The notes beneath the pieces were generated by a model. It was not told the origin of the DNA. It saw only the letters and a list, made by a program, of their open reading frames with translations, and did not search any database. From a bacterium (lineage in GTDB: Bacteria; JAAXHH01), in the NCBI GenBank assembly GCA_965202605.1, contig OZ241838.1:815817-879816 (forward strand): 64,000 nucleotides of DNA, given 5' to 3'. Shown one piece after another: positions 1 to 9,081 of this stretch. A program made the position numbers and the translations under genes. Position 1 is the first letter of the stretch. Each line of letters begins with the position of its first letter.

Positions 1-472
1 TCATCTGGAGGGCGAGCATGCTGCTCTCCTTCATCGCCACGTCGACGGGAACGCTGCTTTCATACTCGTCTGCCCCGTAGAAAATGACGTCCCGGGCGTC
101 CGGGGCCATGCCCGCCTTTTCGAGCAGGTCGCGCAGCCGCACGCCGACCCACCGGGCCCTGCCCTGGGCGCCGCCTACGCAGCGCAGGATACTTTCCTGC
201 GTGTGTTGGGGCAAATGATGCAACGCCTCGTATCCCAGGGCAAATGGCGCCGTCACGTCGCCTTCGATCTCGAGTCGCTCCGTTTCGACGTCGATTTTGG
301 GTGGAAATGAGACGATGGCTACGGCGAAAAACCGGCGCAGCGGCGTCAGGCCCTCTTCGTCTTTGTCAACGGGAACGAACAGCGGACCGGCCGCGGATCG
401 CAGCGTGGGAAGCATGGAACCGCCGGCAACGAGTCCGGCCGCGAGGGTTTCAAGAAAATGACGCCGGTCCAT
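1..472 (-). CDS. Molybdopterin-dependent oxidoreductase, sulfite-oxidase family (N-terminal part; the C-terminus runs off the window start); twin-arginine (TAT) signal peptide
   Basis: My own reverse-strand translation from the ATG at 472..470 reads MDRRHFLETLAAGLVAGG..., which carries a clear TAT motif (DRRHFL). It continues CVGGAQGRARWVGVRLRDLLEKAG...FYGADEYESSVPVDVAMKESSMLALQM, which resembles the sulfite oxidase / YedY-MsrP Mo-cofactor domain. The reading frame stays open to position 1. The ORF track does not list this gene because no stop codon falls inside the window. Confidence 0.65.
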   Translation of the reverse strand, partial: MDRRHFLETLAAGLVAGGSMLPTLRSAAGPLFVPVDKDEEGLTPLRRFFAVAIVSFPPKIDVETERLEIEGDVTAPFALGYEALHHLPQHTQESILRCVGGAQGRARWVGVRLRDLLEKAGMAPDARDVIFYGADEYESSVPVDVAMKESSMLALQM

Positions 473-907
473 GAACGGGTCCTGTCAGGGTCGTGGCGGA
501 TCGAATACAAACGCAATACGGACCGGTTGGCTGCTGAACCGGGATACCCAGGGTCGGCGCGTGCTGTCTTTGCAACTGATATCGACGCATGCTATCTCCG
601 CGCCTGCTATCGGCGCGGCTGATCCGCGCCTGCTATCGGCGCGCACGCTATCGCCAGGCCCGCATAAGGTTACCTGCGTGTAGCACGCATGTCAAGGCAT
701 TTGGGGGCATGAAGGCGGGATGTAAGAAGCACCGGAGACGATATTGCTTATTGGGTTTGATAATTCAGCGGCCGGGGATTAGAATATCCGGGAGGATCAG
801 CATCCAGTCCCTGGCATCAAGTCCCGTAACGTGGGCGTGTCCCGCAGGCGTATTCCGCGGGCGTATCCCGCGAACCCATAGATGGAAGCGGATGGAAGGA
901 TCGTGAC

Positions 908-1654
908 ATGTTGCTCGAAAACAAGACGGTTGTCATAACCGGCGCGGCGATGGGCATCGGACGGGCCGCGGCCCTGTGCTGCGCGGAAGCCGGGGGACGC
1001 CCCGTCCTGGCCGATATCGATGAAGCCGGGTTGAAAGAGACTTTTCGCGATATACACGCCGCGGGAGGCGAGGCGTCATACCAGGTGGTGGACGTTTCGG
1101 ACACCGGCCAGGTCGAAGCGCTGATGGCCAGGGCGGTCGAGGACTTCGGCCGTATCGATGGGCTCGTCAACTGCGCGGGCGTGCTCGAGGGCGCCTACGT
1201 TCCCGTGGACGAACTGGACGAGGCCGTATGGCAGCACGTAATGGACGTCAACCTGAAAGGTTCCTTTCTGACGTGCAAGTACGCGGCGGCGGTGATGAAG
1301 GAACAGAAAAAGGGCGTGATCGTCCTGCTGTCCTCCGGGGCCGGCGTCCGGGGAGGAAGCTCATCGGTGGCCTACGGAACCAGCAAGGGCGCCGTCCACG
1401 GCCAGGCCGTCGTCCTGGAGAGTCAACTGGCCCCCTTCGGCATACGCGTACACGCGGTGTGTCCGGGCGGAATCGCCACACCCATGAAGCTGAGAAACAT
1501 AGCCCAGGCGGCCGAATCCCGGGGCGAGTCGGTAGAAGAAGCGCTGAAGCAGGCGGCCGAATACCTGGGCGACCCCGAGGGCGTGGGCAGGATCCTCGCC
1601 TTTCTCGTATCCGACCAGGCCGCTCATCTGCGCCAGACCGTCTTTACCCGCTGA
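908..1654 (+). CDS. SDR family short-chain dehydrogenase/reductase
   Basis: TGAAMGIGRA matches the Rossmann glycine motif and NCAG / YGTSKGAV matches the SDR catalytic motifs. The product is 248 aa. Confidence 0.9.
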   Translation: MLLENKTVVITGAAMGIGRAAALCCAEAGGRPVLADIDEAGLKETFRDIHAAGGEASYQVVDVSDTGQVEALMARAVEDFGRIDGLVNCAGVLEGAYVPVDELDEAVWQHVMDVNLKGSFLTCKYAAAVMKEQKKGVIVLLSSGAGVRGGSSSVAYGTSKGAVHGQAVVLESQLAPFGIRVHAVCPGGIATPMKLRNIAQAAESRGESVEEALKQAAEYLGDPEGVGRILAFLVSDQAAHLRQTVFTR

Positions 1655-1674
1655 GCACGGACCGATGCGCCGGA

Positions 1675-2775
1675 TTACCGGGTCGGCTCCGCGGACGTAA
1701 AGGCGTAGCTCACCTCGTGATGGTATGCCTCGCCCGGATTAAGGACGACCGGAGGCCACCCCGGCGTACCCTGGCGATTGACCGCATCGGGGAACACCTG
1801 GGTTTCCAGGCAGAAGGCGTGGTGCCTGTCGTAGACGGCGCCCCCCTTTCCCGTCAGGGCGCTGGACAGGTGATTCCCCGTGTAGAACTGCACGCCCGGC
1901 TGATTGGTCCGTACTTCCATGGTGAGGCCGGACCGGCGGGAAGCCACGCGTGCGGCCGGCCTGGTCTGACCGCCGCCATCGCGGAGGACGAAGTTGTGGT
2001 CGTATCCGACGGGATCTCCGGGTTTCCGCGGACCTGGCGGAGCGATGCCGTCCATCTCCGCGGCGATAGTTCCGGGTTGCGTGAAGTCGAAGGGGGTCCC
2101 AGCGACCGCCCTGATCTCTCCCGTCGGAATGAGATGGCTGTCGACGGGTGTATAGGCGTCGGCAAACAGGGCAACCTCGTGATCGAGCACCGGGCCGGAC
2201 TGGTGGCCGTTCAGGTTCCAATAGGAGTGATTGGTAAGGTTCACCGGGGTGGGTCGGTCGGTCCGCGCCTCCATCGAAATCCTCAGTTCTTCGTCACCGG
2301 TCAGGGTATAGGTCACAGTCGTCTCCACGGTACCCGGATATCCTTCTTCCCCGTCTGCGCTCGTGTAGGCCAGGACGACGTAGGTACCCTCGCCGTGCTG
2401 ACCGAAGTCCCTTGGTTCCCAGACCTGCTTGTCGAATCCCCCGGGGCCCCCGTGGATGTGATTGGGACCGGCCCTGTCGTTGATCGCCAGTTGATAGGTC
2501 CTGGCCGCAAGGGTAAACCGCCCGCCGGCTATCCGGTTGGCGCAGCGGCCGACGGTGGCGCCGAAGAACGGATGGTCGCCCACGTATTCGTCGAACGTAT
2601 CGAAACCCAGTACGACGTCCACGAGGTTCCCCTCAGCGTCCGGGATCTCCAGGGACTGCAGTATCCCGCCATAGTTGGTTACATGCGCGGCCGCGCCGGT
2701 CGCCCCGTTCAACGTGTACAGGAAAACAGGACGCGAACGGAAAGCGCCCCAAACCATCTCTTCCACGGCACCCAT
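1675..2775 (-). CDS. galM: Aldose 1-epimerase (galactose mutarotase family)
   Basis: The 366-aa product shows mutarotase hallmarks such as GFDKQVW, HSYWNL and FCLETQ over its full length. Confidence 0.85.
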   Translation of the reverse strand: MGAVEEMVWGAFRSRPVFLYTLNGATGAAAHVTNYGGILQSLEIPDAEGNLVDVVLGFDTFDEYVGDHPFFGATVGRCANRIAGGRFTLAARTYQLAINDRAGPNHIHGGPGGFDKQVWEPRDFGQHGEGTYVVLAYTSADGEEGYPGTVETTVTYTLTGDEELRISMEARTDRPTPVNLTNHSYWNLNGHQSGPVLDHEVALFADAYTPVDSHLIPTGEIRAVAGTPFDFTQPGTIAAEMDGIAPPGPRKPGDPVGYDHNFVLRDGGGQTRPAARVASRRSGLTMEVRTNQPGVQFYTGNHLSSALTGKGGAVYDRHHAFCLETQVFPDAVNRQGTPGWPPVVLNPGEAYHHEVSYAFTSAEPTR

Positions 2776-2823
2776 AAACTCACCTCCTCAAACCGAAAAT
2801 AACCGGCAACGCCGGTTCCATCA

Positions 2824-5800
2824 ATGGATAGTGCGGAGCTGTACCTGTCCAGTCGTTTCGAGATAGTGTTCATCGCACCGACTGTAGGGAATACAGGTCC
2901 TGCATCCCGTTCATGGCGGATTCCGGTCTGTCTCCAGGGCAACCCATCCGTATCACACGGATCTGACCGGCGTCCGCACGTTCCGCACGGAGTAAAGGTG
3001 CCCCGGACACACCCGCCGCCCACAGCCAGAGTCCGGTCAGCGGAAGGTCCCCATTCCGTTCGTCCGGCACTGCTCTCCGAGGAAGAGGTATCCCGGCGGG
3101 AACGAAAGGGCCGAGGACTCGCCGTTTTCGGATGTCCCGATACATTCGCACTGCCCGAGATCGAGTCCAGGCCGGGCACCGCCGTTCTTCGCGATCCGCA
3201 CGAAGGACAAGACGTTCCGGAAGAGCTCGACCGCCTGGTGCTCAAGTTGTCGTCCCGGTACGCCCCCCACCTCAACAGCCTGGTGAATCTCATGGTGCTT
3301 CCGGCGTACCGGCGGCACATTCCCCTGTATCTGTTCACGTCCCGGGATCAGGGGGACCTGGACACCGGCTCGGTCGAAATGCCTGCCAAAGACCGGATCG
3401 AGGAGGCGATGGCCCCCCTCCTGAGGGAGCAGCTCAGGTCGCTCCTGACGCAGACCTGCGTCTTGTTCCCTTCTCCCGACGCGCTGGCCTTATCAGAGAA
3501 GCCCTGGTTGACGCCCGTGGAAAGGGCGATGCACGAGGGCCTCACCCGGGGTGGCCTGTCTCACAGGCTTCATGCCCGGGTGGGATCGCGTTGCGTCGAT
3601 GCGCTCGTCGAGGACCCACATGGTCGCTTCGTGGCCGTGGAGATCGACGGCAGGGAGTTTGTCCGTGAAGATCAGATCCAGTGGGACACGGCGCTTGCCG
3701 AAGCGCATGACGTCCGGGACGTGGTCCGGTTCAGCGGGTGTGAGGTCATGAACGATCCGGGCGCATGCGTTGAAAGGGTGCGCTCGGTCCTGGCCGGCCG
3801 AGGGCACCGAACCGTACGCCAGATGCCGGAACCGAATCCCGGCCTCGCCGAGGAACAGGCCAGGTGTCTTACGCCCCGCGCCGGCGTGGTGCTTACTCTC
3901 GCGCCCGCGGGCTCGGGGAAGACCCGGGTGCTGACGCGACGGGTCGTGGAAGCCGTCCGTGGCGGCGTCGACCCCGGCCGGATCCTGTGCGTGGTCTTCA
4001 ACAAGGCGGCGAGCGAGGTGATGTCGGAGCGTATACACGGGGACGCCGGGATTCCGGGCGTGCACATCCGCACGCTGCACAGCCTCGGGTACGAGATCTG
4101 CAGACAGGCGCCGGGCAGTCCATACGCGGGCAGCGGGGTCGTCACGGAACAATCCCTTCCGGGTGGATTGACGGACCTCTACAGAAGGGTGCTGAAGCAG
4201 GATTTCGAGCGGCATTTCCAGGCCGTCCCCTACCCCTTTCCCGAACATCTCGTCGTTGCGTACGAGGAAGCGGTTTCCCGGTACCGGAGGACGCTGATCC
4301 CCGTCGACGGAGACGGTACATGCGAGGCGTTCGAGGGCTACGACAGGGGCCAGGTCCGCAGGGTCTACGCGGAAATGGAACGCCGCATGGGCGAGAAGGC
4401 CCTGATGACCTTCGACGAGCAGTTGTTCCGCGCCGTGGAAGTCCTGCTGGCCAACCCCCGGGCGCGCTTGCTCTACCAGCACCGCTTCGATACGGTCCTG
4501 GTGGACGAGGTCCAGGATCTCACCCCCGTCCAGTTCCTGATGCTCAGGCTGCTCTCCCTGCCGCTGAACAACCTGTTCGCCGTGGGCGATGACGACCAGA
4601 TGATAAACACCTTCACCGGTGCGGACCCCGAGAACATCCGCTCGTTCCAGCGGTGGTATCCGGGCGCGGTGGTCCACACCCTGGGTGAGAACTACCGGTG
4701 CAGGCCGCAGATCGTAAACCGGTCCGCAAGCGTCATTTCCCACAACGTGAACCGTTTCGAAAAGCCGATCCGTCCGGTGCAGGTTCAGGCTGGCCCGGGC
4801 AGGAACACCATCCGGATCCACATATGCCCGTCGCTCGAAGCCGAAACGGAGGTCGTGGTGCGCACGATACGCCGGTGGAAAAAACTGGGATATGCCTACG
4901 GGGACATGGCCGTGCTGGTCCGGGTGCAGTCCATCGCGGCGCCCCTGCAGTCCGCGCTTGGAGAGGCGGGCCTGCCCTTCGACCCGATCGATGAAGGGGC
5001 GCTGTACCAGTCACACCCCGGCAGGACCGTGGGCGCCTGGCTCGACGTCATCGTCCATGACGAACGGGCCGATCCCCTGTCGCATGCCATCAGCCTGTCC
5101 TTCCCCTCCCGGCAACTCTCTAATGAACACCTGCGTGAAGCGGCCACGCTCGGCCACCGTTTCTTCGAGCGTATGGAGCGTCTGCCAGGTGGCGTGATCG
5201 CCAAGGTGGAGGAGTACCGCACATGCATCGAGATCCTGCGCGGGGTCTGCCAGTCGTTGGAAGCGGCGCCTGTCGACTTCCTCGACGCGTTGATGAAACA
5301 CTCGGGCCTTGAAGCCTACTACCGGAAGAGGGACGAGACGAGCAGGCAGCGGATGGCCGCGGCAAACCTGGAATCCATCGACATGATCAGGCAGATGGCC
5401 GCCAGGCATCCGGCTACGGATTCATTCGTAGATTCGTATCTCAGGTCCATGACTGCCGAAACGGATGCCGGCAGGGAAGACCGGGACGCCGGCAGGGAAG
5501 ACCTGGAAGCGCGCGTCCACCCTGGCGCGCCCCGGGCAACAGCGCCTGGCGATGACGGGCGGAGTATGGACCGGATTACCGTTACCACGATTCACCGAAG
5601 CAAGGGCGACGAATTCAAGGGAGTGATCCTGTTCCACGTGGTCGAGGATATCCTGCCCCATCGCCGCATGTCGGGATCGGCCGAAGACATCGAAGAGGAG
5701 CGGCGCGTTTTCTACGTCGCCCTGACGCGGGCCGAAGAAAGGCTTTGCATAACGACGCAGCGCAAGCAGGCCTCCCGGTTCCTGGCCGAAATGAAGCCTT

Positions 5801-5907
5801 CACGGGAAGGAAACGGTCTGACGCGCATCCGTGAAGGTCTGACGCGCATCCGTGACGGTCTGTCTGCGCGGTCCCTTGTCGAACGGTTCCGCCGTTTTCT
5901 ACCTTGA
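2824..5907 (+). CDS. UvrD/REP-family SF1 helicase with an N-terminal DUF559/Vsr-like PD-(D/E)XK endonuclease domain. The true start is probably internal, for example the ATG at 3292.
   Basis: Walker A is LAPAGSGKTRVLTRRV, followed by UvrD-like motifs through ...TIHRSKGDEFKGVIL...VALTRAEERL. The N-terminal region (HEGLTRGGLSHRLHARVGSRCVDALVEDPHGRFVAVEIDGREFVREDQIQWD...DVRDVVRFSGCEV) fits the DUF559 pattern. The C-terminal tail contains two in-frame 21-bp tandem duplications. Confidence 0.8.
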   Translation: MDSAELYLSSRFEIVFIAPTVGNTGPASRSWRIPVCLQGNPSVSHGSDRRPHVPHGVKVPRTHPPPTARVRSAEGPHSVRPALLSEEEVSRRERKGRGLAVFGCPDTFALPEIESRPGTAVLRDPHEGQDVPEELDRLVLKLSSRYAPHLNSLVNLMVLPAYRRHIPLYLFTSRDQGDLDTGSVEMPAKDRIEEAMAPLLREQLRSLLTQTCVLFPSPDALALSEKPWLTPVERAMHEGLTRGGLSHRLHARVGSRCVDALVEDPHGRFVAVEIDGREFVREDQIQWDTALAEAHDVRDVVRFSGCEVMNDPGACVERVRSVLAGRGHRTVRQMPEPNPGLAEEQARCLTPRAGVVLTLAPAGSGKTRVLTRRVVEAVRGGVDPGRILCVVFNKAASEVMSERIHGDAGIPGVHIRTLHSLGYEICRQAPGSPYAGSGVVTEQSLPGGLTDLYRRVLKQDFERHFQAVPYPFPEHLVVAYEEAVSRYRRTLIPVDGDGTCEAFEGYDRGQVRRVYAEMERRMGEKALMTFDEQLFRAVEVLLANPRARLLYQHRFDTVLVDEVQDLTPVQFLMLRLLSLPLNNLFAVGDDDQMINTFTGADPENIRSFQRWYPGAVVHTLGENYRCRPQIVNRSASVISHNVNRFEKPIRPVQVQAGPGRNTIRIHICPSLEAETEVVVRTIRRWKKLGYAYGDMAVLVRVQSIAAPLQSALGEAGLPFDPIDEGALYQSHPGRTVGAWLDVIVHDERADPLSHAISLSFPSRQLSNEHLREAATLGHRFFERMERLPGGVIAKVEEYRTCIEILRGVCQSLEAAPVDFLDALMKHSGLEAYYRKRDETSRQRMAAANLESIDMIRQMAARHPATDSFVDSYLRSMTAETDAGREDRDAGREDLEARVHPGAPRATAPGDDGRSMDRITVTTIHRSKGDEFKGVILFHVVEDILPHRRMSGSAEDIEEERRVFYVALTRAEERLCITTQRKQASRFLAEMKPSREGNGLTRIREGLTRIRDGLSARSLVERFRRFLP
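5464..5505 (+). repeat. In-frame 21-bp tandem duplication (2 copies) inside the helicase gene, encoding DAGREDR/DAGREDL
   Basis: gatgccggcagggaagaccgg is followed immediately by gacgccggcagggaagacctg. Confidence 0.85.
5815..5862 (+). repeat. In-frame 21-bp tandem duplication (2.3 copies) inside the helicase gene, encoding GLTRIRE/GLTRIRD/GL
   Basis: ggtctgacgcgcatccgtgaa is followed by ggtctgacgcgcatccgtgac and then ggtctg. Confidence 0.85.
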
Positions 5908-7035
5908 CCCGCCCGCGGCGTCCACCGGCCAGGATTCGATCCCGTCCGGGGTCAGGACGACGTACGACCGCGCCAGGTTCGCCACGGGGCAGCTGTGTAC
6001 CGGCACCACGCGGATCTTCGAGCCGATGGACAGATCGAATCCGTTGCGGCCGATCATGCCGTGCTCTTCCGAAACCTTCTCCACGATCATCTCGCGATCG
6101 GAATCCAGGAATCCCGATGCCGGGTAGGCAAGGCCGAAGCCCTGGCCACCCGTCATGCCGTGTACACCGGTATCCGAGGTCAGTGTCTTCGATCCGGCGT
6201 CGGTAACGAGGTAGCCTTCGTTCCTGCTGATCACCGTAGCCAGCACAGACAGGGCGACGTCTGTGATCCGGGCTACGCCAACGCGTACGGGGAGCAGGTC
6301 GAGAAAGACGTAGTTCCCCGGCCTGATCTCGGTAATGCCTTCGAAACTTTCGGTGGCCAGCACGGCCGGCGTGGAGCCGACGGAGACCTCCGGAACCGGT
6401 AGGCCGTCCGCCAGCAGGGCGTCGCGCACCGCCACCATGGTGCGACGCTCCTCTTCCGCGACCTTGGCGGCATCAGACTTTGATTTCGATGCGTACACGT
6501 GGCCCGCGTGGGAAAGGATGCCGCGGAAGTCCAGGTCTACGTGATCGTGGATCGTCCCGGCCAGCTCCCCGATGCGCGGATCCCCAGGCAGCAGGCCGCA
6601 CCGGTGCAGTCCCACGTCGATCTTCAGGAACATCCCGACGGTCTGCCCGTGGCCCGCCACCCGTTCGCCCGCCACCTGTATGCCTTCTTTCGAGTCGGCC
6701 ACCACGCGCAACTCGGCGCCTCGATCCTTCGTCGCGGACAGCAGCCGGTCCCACTTCGATGAAGATACTACCGGACGGGCGACGGTTATGGATTTGAACC
6801 CGCCCCCGAGAAAGACCAGCGCTTCGTCCACCGTGGCCACGGTGATCCCCGAGGCGCCCAGGCCGACCTGTCGCCGGCCGATCGCCAGGGACTTGTGGGT
6901 CTTGGCGTGGGGACGCAGCGCGACGCCGTGTCGATCCGCGAGCCCTTGCATGGCACGCAGATTGGCCGTCAACCTGGCCTCGTCAATCAATACGGCGGGC
7001 GTTTCCACTTCGTAGAAAACCGTGTCTTTTTTCAT
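5899..7035 (-). CDS. Alanine racemase N-terminal-domain PLP enzyme (DSD1-type D-serine deaminase / D-threonine aldolase-like)
   Basis: The 378-aa product begins with LRPHAKTHKS, a lysine-containing PLP-binding segment, and has the overall Ala_racemase_N layout followed by a C-terminal beta domain. Confidence 0.75.
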   Translation of the reverse strand: MKKDTVFYEVETPAVLIDEARLTANLRAMQGLADRHGVALRPHAKTHKSLAIGRRQVGLGASGITVATVDEALVFLGGGFKSITVARPVVSSSKWDRLLSATKDRGAELRVVADSKEGIQVAGERVAGHGQTVGMFLKIDVGLHRCGLLPGDPRIGELAGTIHDHVDLDFRGILSHAGHVYASKSKSDAAKVAEEERRTMVAVRDALLADGLPVPEVSVGSTPAVLATESFEGITEIRPGNYVFLDLLPVRVGVARITDVALSVLATVISRNEGYLVTDAGSKTLTSDTGVHGMTGGQGFGLAYPASGFLDSDREMIVEKVSEEHGMIGRNGFDLSIGSKIRVVPVHSCPVANLARSYVVLTPDGIESWPVDAAGGSR

Positions 7036-7322
7036 GGTTTGATCCGTATTTGGCCAGTGAGGGCCGCCAGGATTGAGTGAACACCTCGAGGCGAGGCAAA
7101 CTCAGGCGCTGCCCGCTATGCGAGGTCAGGAAACTGTCTGAATGCTTCTTAAATTATACGCATCAAGTCAACACTTCCAGGCCAATGACCGGGCCGTTCC
7201 TGCAGGTCGCCCGCCCCGCAGTTTTCCAACTTGACACGGGGCCGGAAGGAACGACACATTTTCTCGTGTAACAACCAATACCTGATATACTCTTGGTATA
7301 CACTTCACCGCGGAGCCCATGC

Positions 7323-7691
7323 ATGGATGGAAGAAAAGCGGCGGACCTGGCACGGCTGTATGTCGAGCGATCGAACCGCCACGAACTGGATGACGTCTTT
7401 CCCATGTTCGACGCCAACGCGACCTACCGTTCGTCGCAGTTCGGTCTCTTCGAGGGGCTGGACCAGATCCGGGAGATGATGACCGGCTTCTTCACTACCT
7501 TTCCAGACGTGCACTGGACAGTGGACGACTACCGCGCGAATTCCGAAGACACGGCCTCCTTCGAGTTCACGATGCGGGCTACGAATGCCGAAACGGGGCA
7601 GACCGTGGCACGCCGGGGACTCGAAACGATCGCCTTCACCGATGAAGGATTGATCCGTCACGTCGAGGTCGAAGTCACGCAGCCTAGCTGA
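7323..7691 (+). CDS. SnoaL/NTF2-like family protein
   Basis: About 120 aa. DDVFPMFDANATYRS...TFPDVHWTV is typical of the SnoaL-like fold. The start was taken at the internal Met (MDGRK) and is uncertain. Confidence 0.55.
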   Translation: MDGRKAADLARLYVERSNRHELDDVFPMFDANATYRSSQFGLFEGLDQIREMMTGFFTTFPDVHWTVDDYRANSEDTASFEFTMRATNAETGQTVARRGLETIAFTDEGLIRHVEVEVTQPS

Positions 7692-7864
7692 AAGGCCGTC
7701 GCGGCAGCGCATCCGCGCTGAAAGGCCGCCGCAATCGTCCGGTCGTGCTGAGGAGCCGGCAGCAGTCGCCCATCCGGACTGAATGCCCCGTCGTAATCGC
7801 CCAGCCACACTGAGAAGCCTGCCGCAGGCACTCGGCTTATCTGAAGAACCAGTTGAACTGATCC
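7688..7864. repeat. Degenerate periodic array: six units of about 30-31 bp, each starting CTGA(A/G)(A/G)(A/G)GCC, lying between the NTF2-like gene stop and the dehydratase start
   Basis: CTGA occurs at 7688, 7718, 7748, 7779, 7810 and 7841. The conserved head is about 11 nt and the tails vary. Confidence 0.7.
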
Positions 7865-8824
7865 ATGCATCCCATTCTCCCCGAAATATTTAGCGCGGAA
7901 AAACGTATCCGGACCCATGTCCTGCAAACGCCCCTGATTCACTCCCTGCCGCTCTCGGCCAGGACGGGGGCGGATGTCCACCTGAAGATGGAGAGCGAGC
8001 AGCATACCAATTCCTTCAAGGCGCGCGGGGCCATGAACAAGGTGCTCTCGCTTACCGGCGAGGAACGGTCCCGCGGCGTGGTGACCGCCTCGACGGGAAA
8101 CCACGCGCAGGGCGTCGCCCGGGCCTGCATGATCGCCGGCTGCGCGGGTACGATCTATCTGCCCAGGCAGGTAGATCCATCCAAGGCGGAAGCGATCGGC
8201 CGGTATCCGGTCGACCTCGTCTTCCATGAAGGTGACGCACTGGAAACGGAGCTGCACGCCAAGCAGCAGGCCGAAGTCCTGGACCGGGTGTGGGTATCAC
8301 CTTACAACGATCCCCAGATCATCGGCGGCCAGGGCACCATCGGTATCGAACTTTCGCGTCAGTTGCCGTCCATCGACGATGTCTTTGTCACCGTCGGAGG
8401 CGGGGGCCTGATCGGTGGGATCGCCGTCTACCTGAAGGCGTATATGCCCGGCACGCGGATCATCGGCTGCCAGCCCGAACGGTCGGCGGCCATGTATCAC
8501 TGCGTGCGTGCCGGACGTATCGTCAGTACCGAGCACGGCGAAACGCTGTCGGATGGTTCCGCGGGCGACGTGGAACCGGGGTCGATCACCTTCCCGCTCT
8601 GCCGCGACCTGGTGGACGACTACATCCTGGTCTCGGAGGAGGAAATCGGCGAAGCCATCCGGTTCATGGTCGAAGCGCACCACAAGATCGTCGAAGGCGC
8701 CGCCGCGGTTGCCGTGGCTGCCCTGCTGAGGCGAAAAGACGCATTCCGTGGACGCACCGTGGCCATCGTCATCTGCGGCGCCAACATCGCCGCGTCGACG
8801 CTCGCGGGCGTATTGGCTGGTTGA
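7865..8824 (+). CDS. Threonine/serine dehydratase (fold-type II PLP enzyme)
   Basis: SFKARGA is the PLP lysine motif. The glycine-rich loop is GGGGLIGG. The product is 319 aa. Confidence 0.85.
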   Translation: MHPILPEIFSAEKRIRTHVLQTPLIHSLPLSARTGADVHLKMESEQHTNSFKARGAMNKVLSLTGEERSRGVVTASTGNHAQGVARACMIAGCAGTIYLPRQVDPSKAEAIGRYPVDLVFHEGDALETELHAKQQAEVLDRVWVSPYNDPQIIGGQGTIGIELSRQLPSIDDVFVTVGGGGLIGGIAVYLKAYMPGTRIIGCQPERSAAMYHCVRAGRIVSTEHGETLSDGSAGDVEPGSITFPLCRDLVDDYILVSEEEIGEAIRFMVEAHHKIVEGAAAVAVAALLRRKDAFRGRTVAIVICGANIAASTLAGVLAG

Positions 8825-9081
8825 AAACGCCCTATCAACCTCATTCGTTTCATTGTCCCCTATAGGCAGCGGTTTCAATTGACCGAGGTGCCAACTTACC
8901 TATATTCCCTAACTGAGCCTGGCGATGTTTTGCCGTTCGTATCAGTACCTTGTTCAGCAAGGGCCTGATCTCAGCGGAGCGACGAATTCGCGTCGTTCCG
9001 GATCGAAGGCAAGCCATGAGCACGACCACAAATCACGTCATGAAACCTCACTGCCTGCGGGCGCGGGAAGTACGATTCTGA

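Noticed and set aside
1228-2802. 524-aa plus-strand ORF overlapping the SDR 3' half and all of galM
   Set aside because: It is out of frame or antisense relative to two strongly supported genes. Its Arg/Pro/Gly-rich composition is an artefact.
3493-4821. 442-aa minus-strand ORF inside the UvrD-like helicase gene
   Set aside because: It is antisense to conserved helicase motifs and has no similarity to known families.
7688-7864. Possible CRISPR array
   Set aside because: Only about 11 nt of each roughly 30-nt unit are conserved and that head is itself degenerate. There are no cas genes and no true repeat-spacer alternation of equal-length exact repeats.
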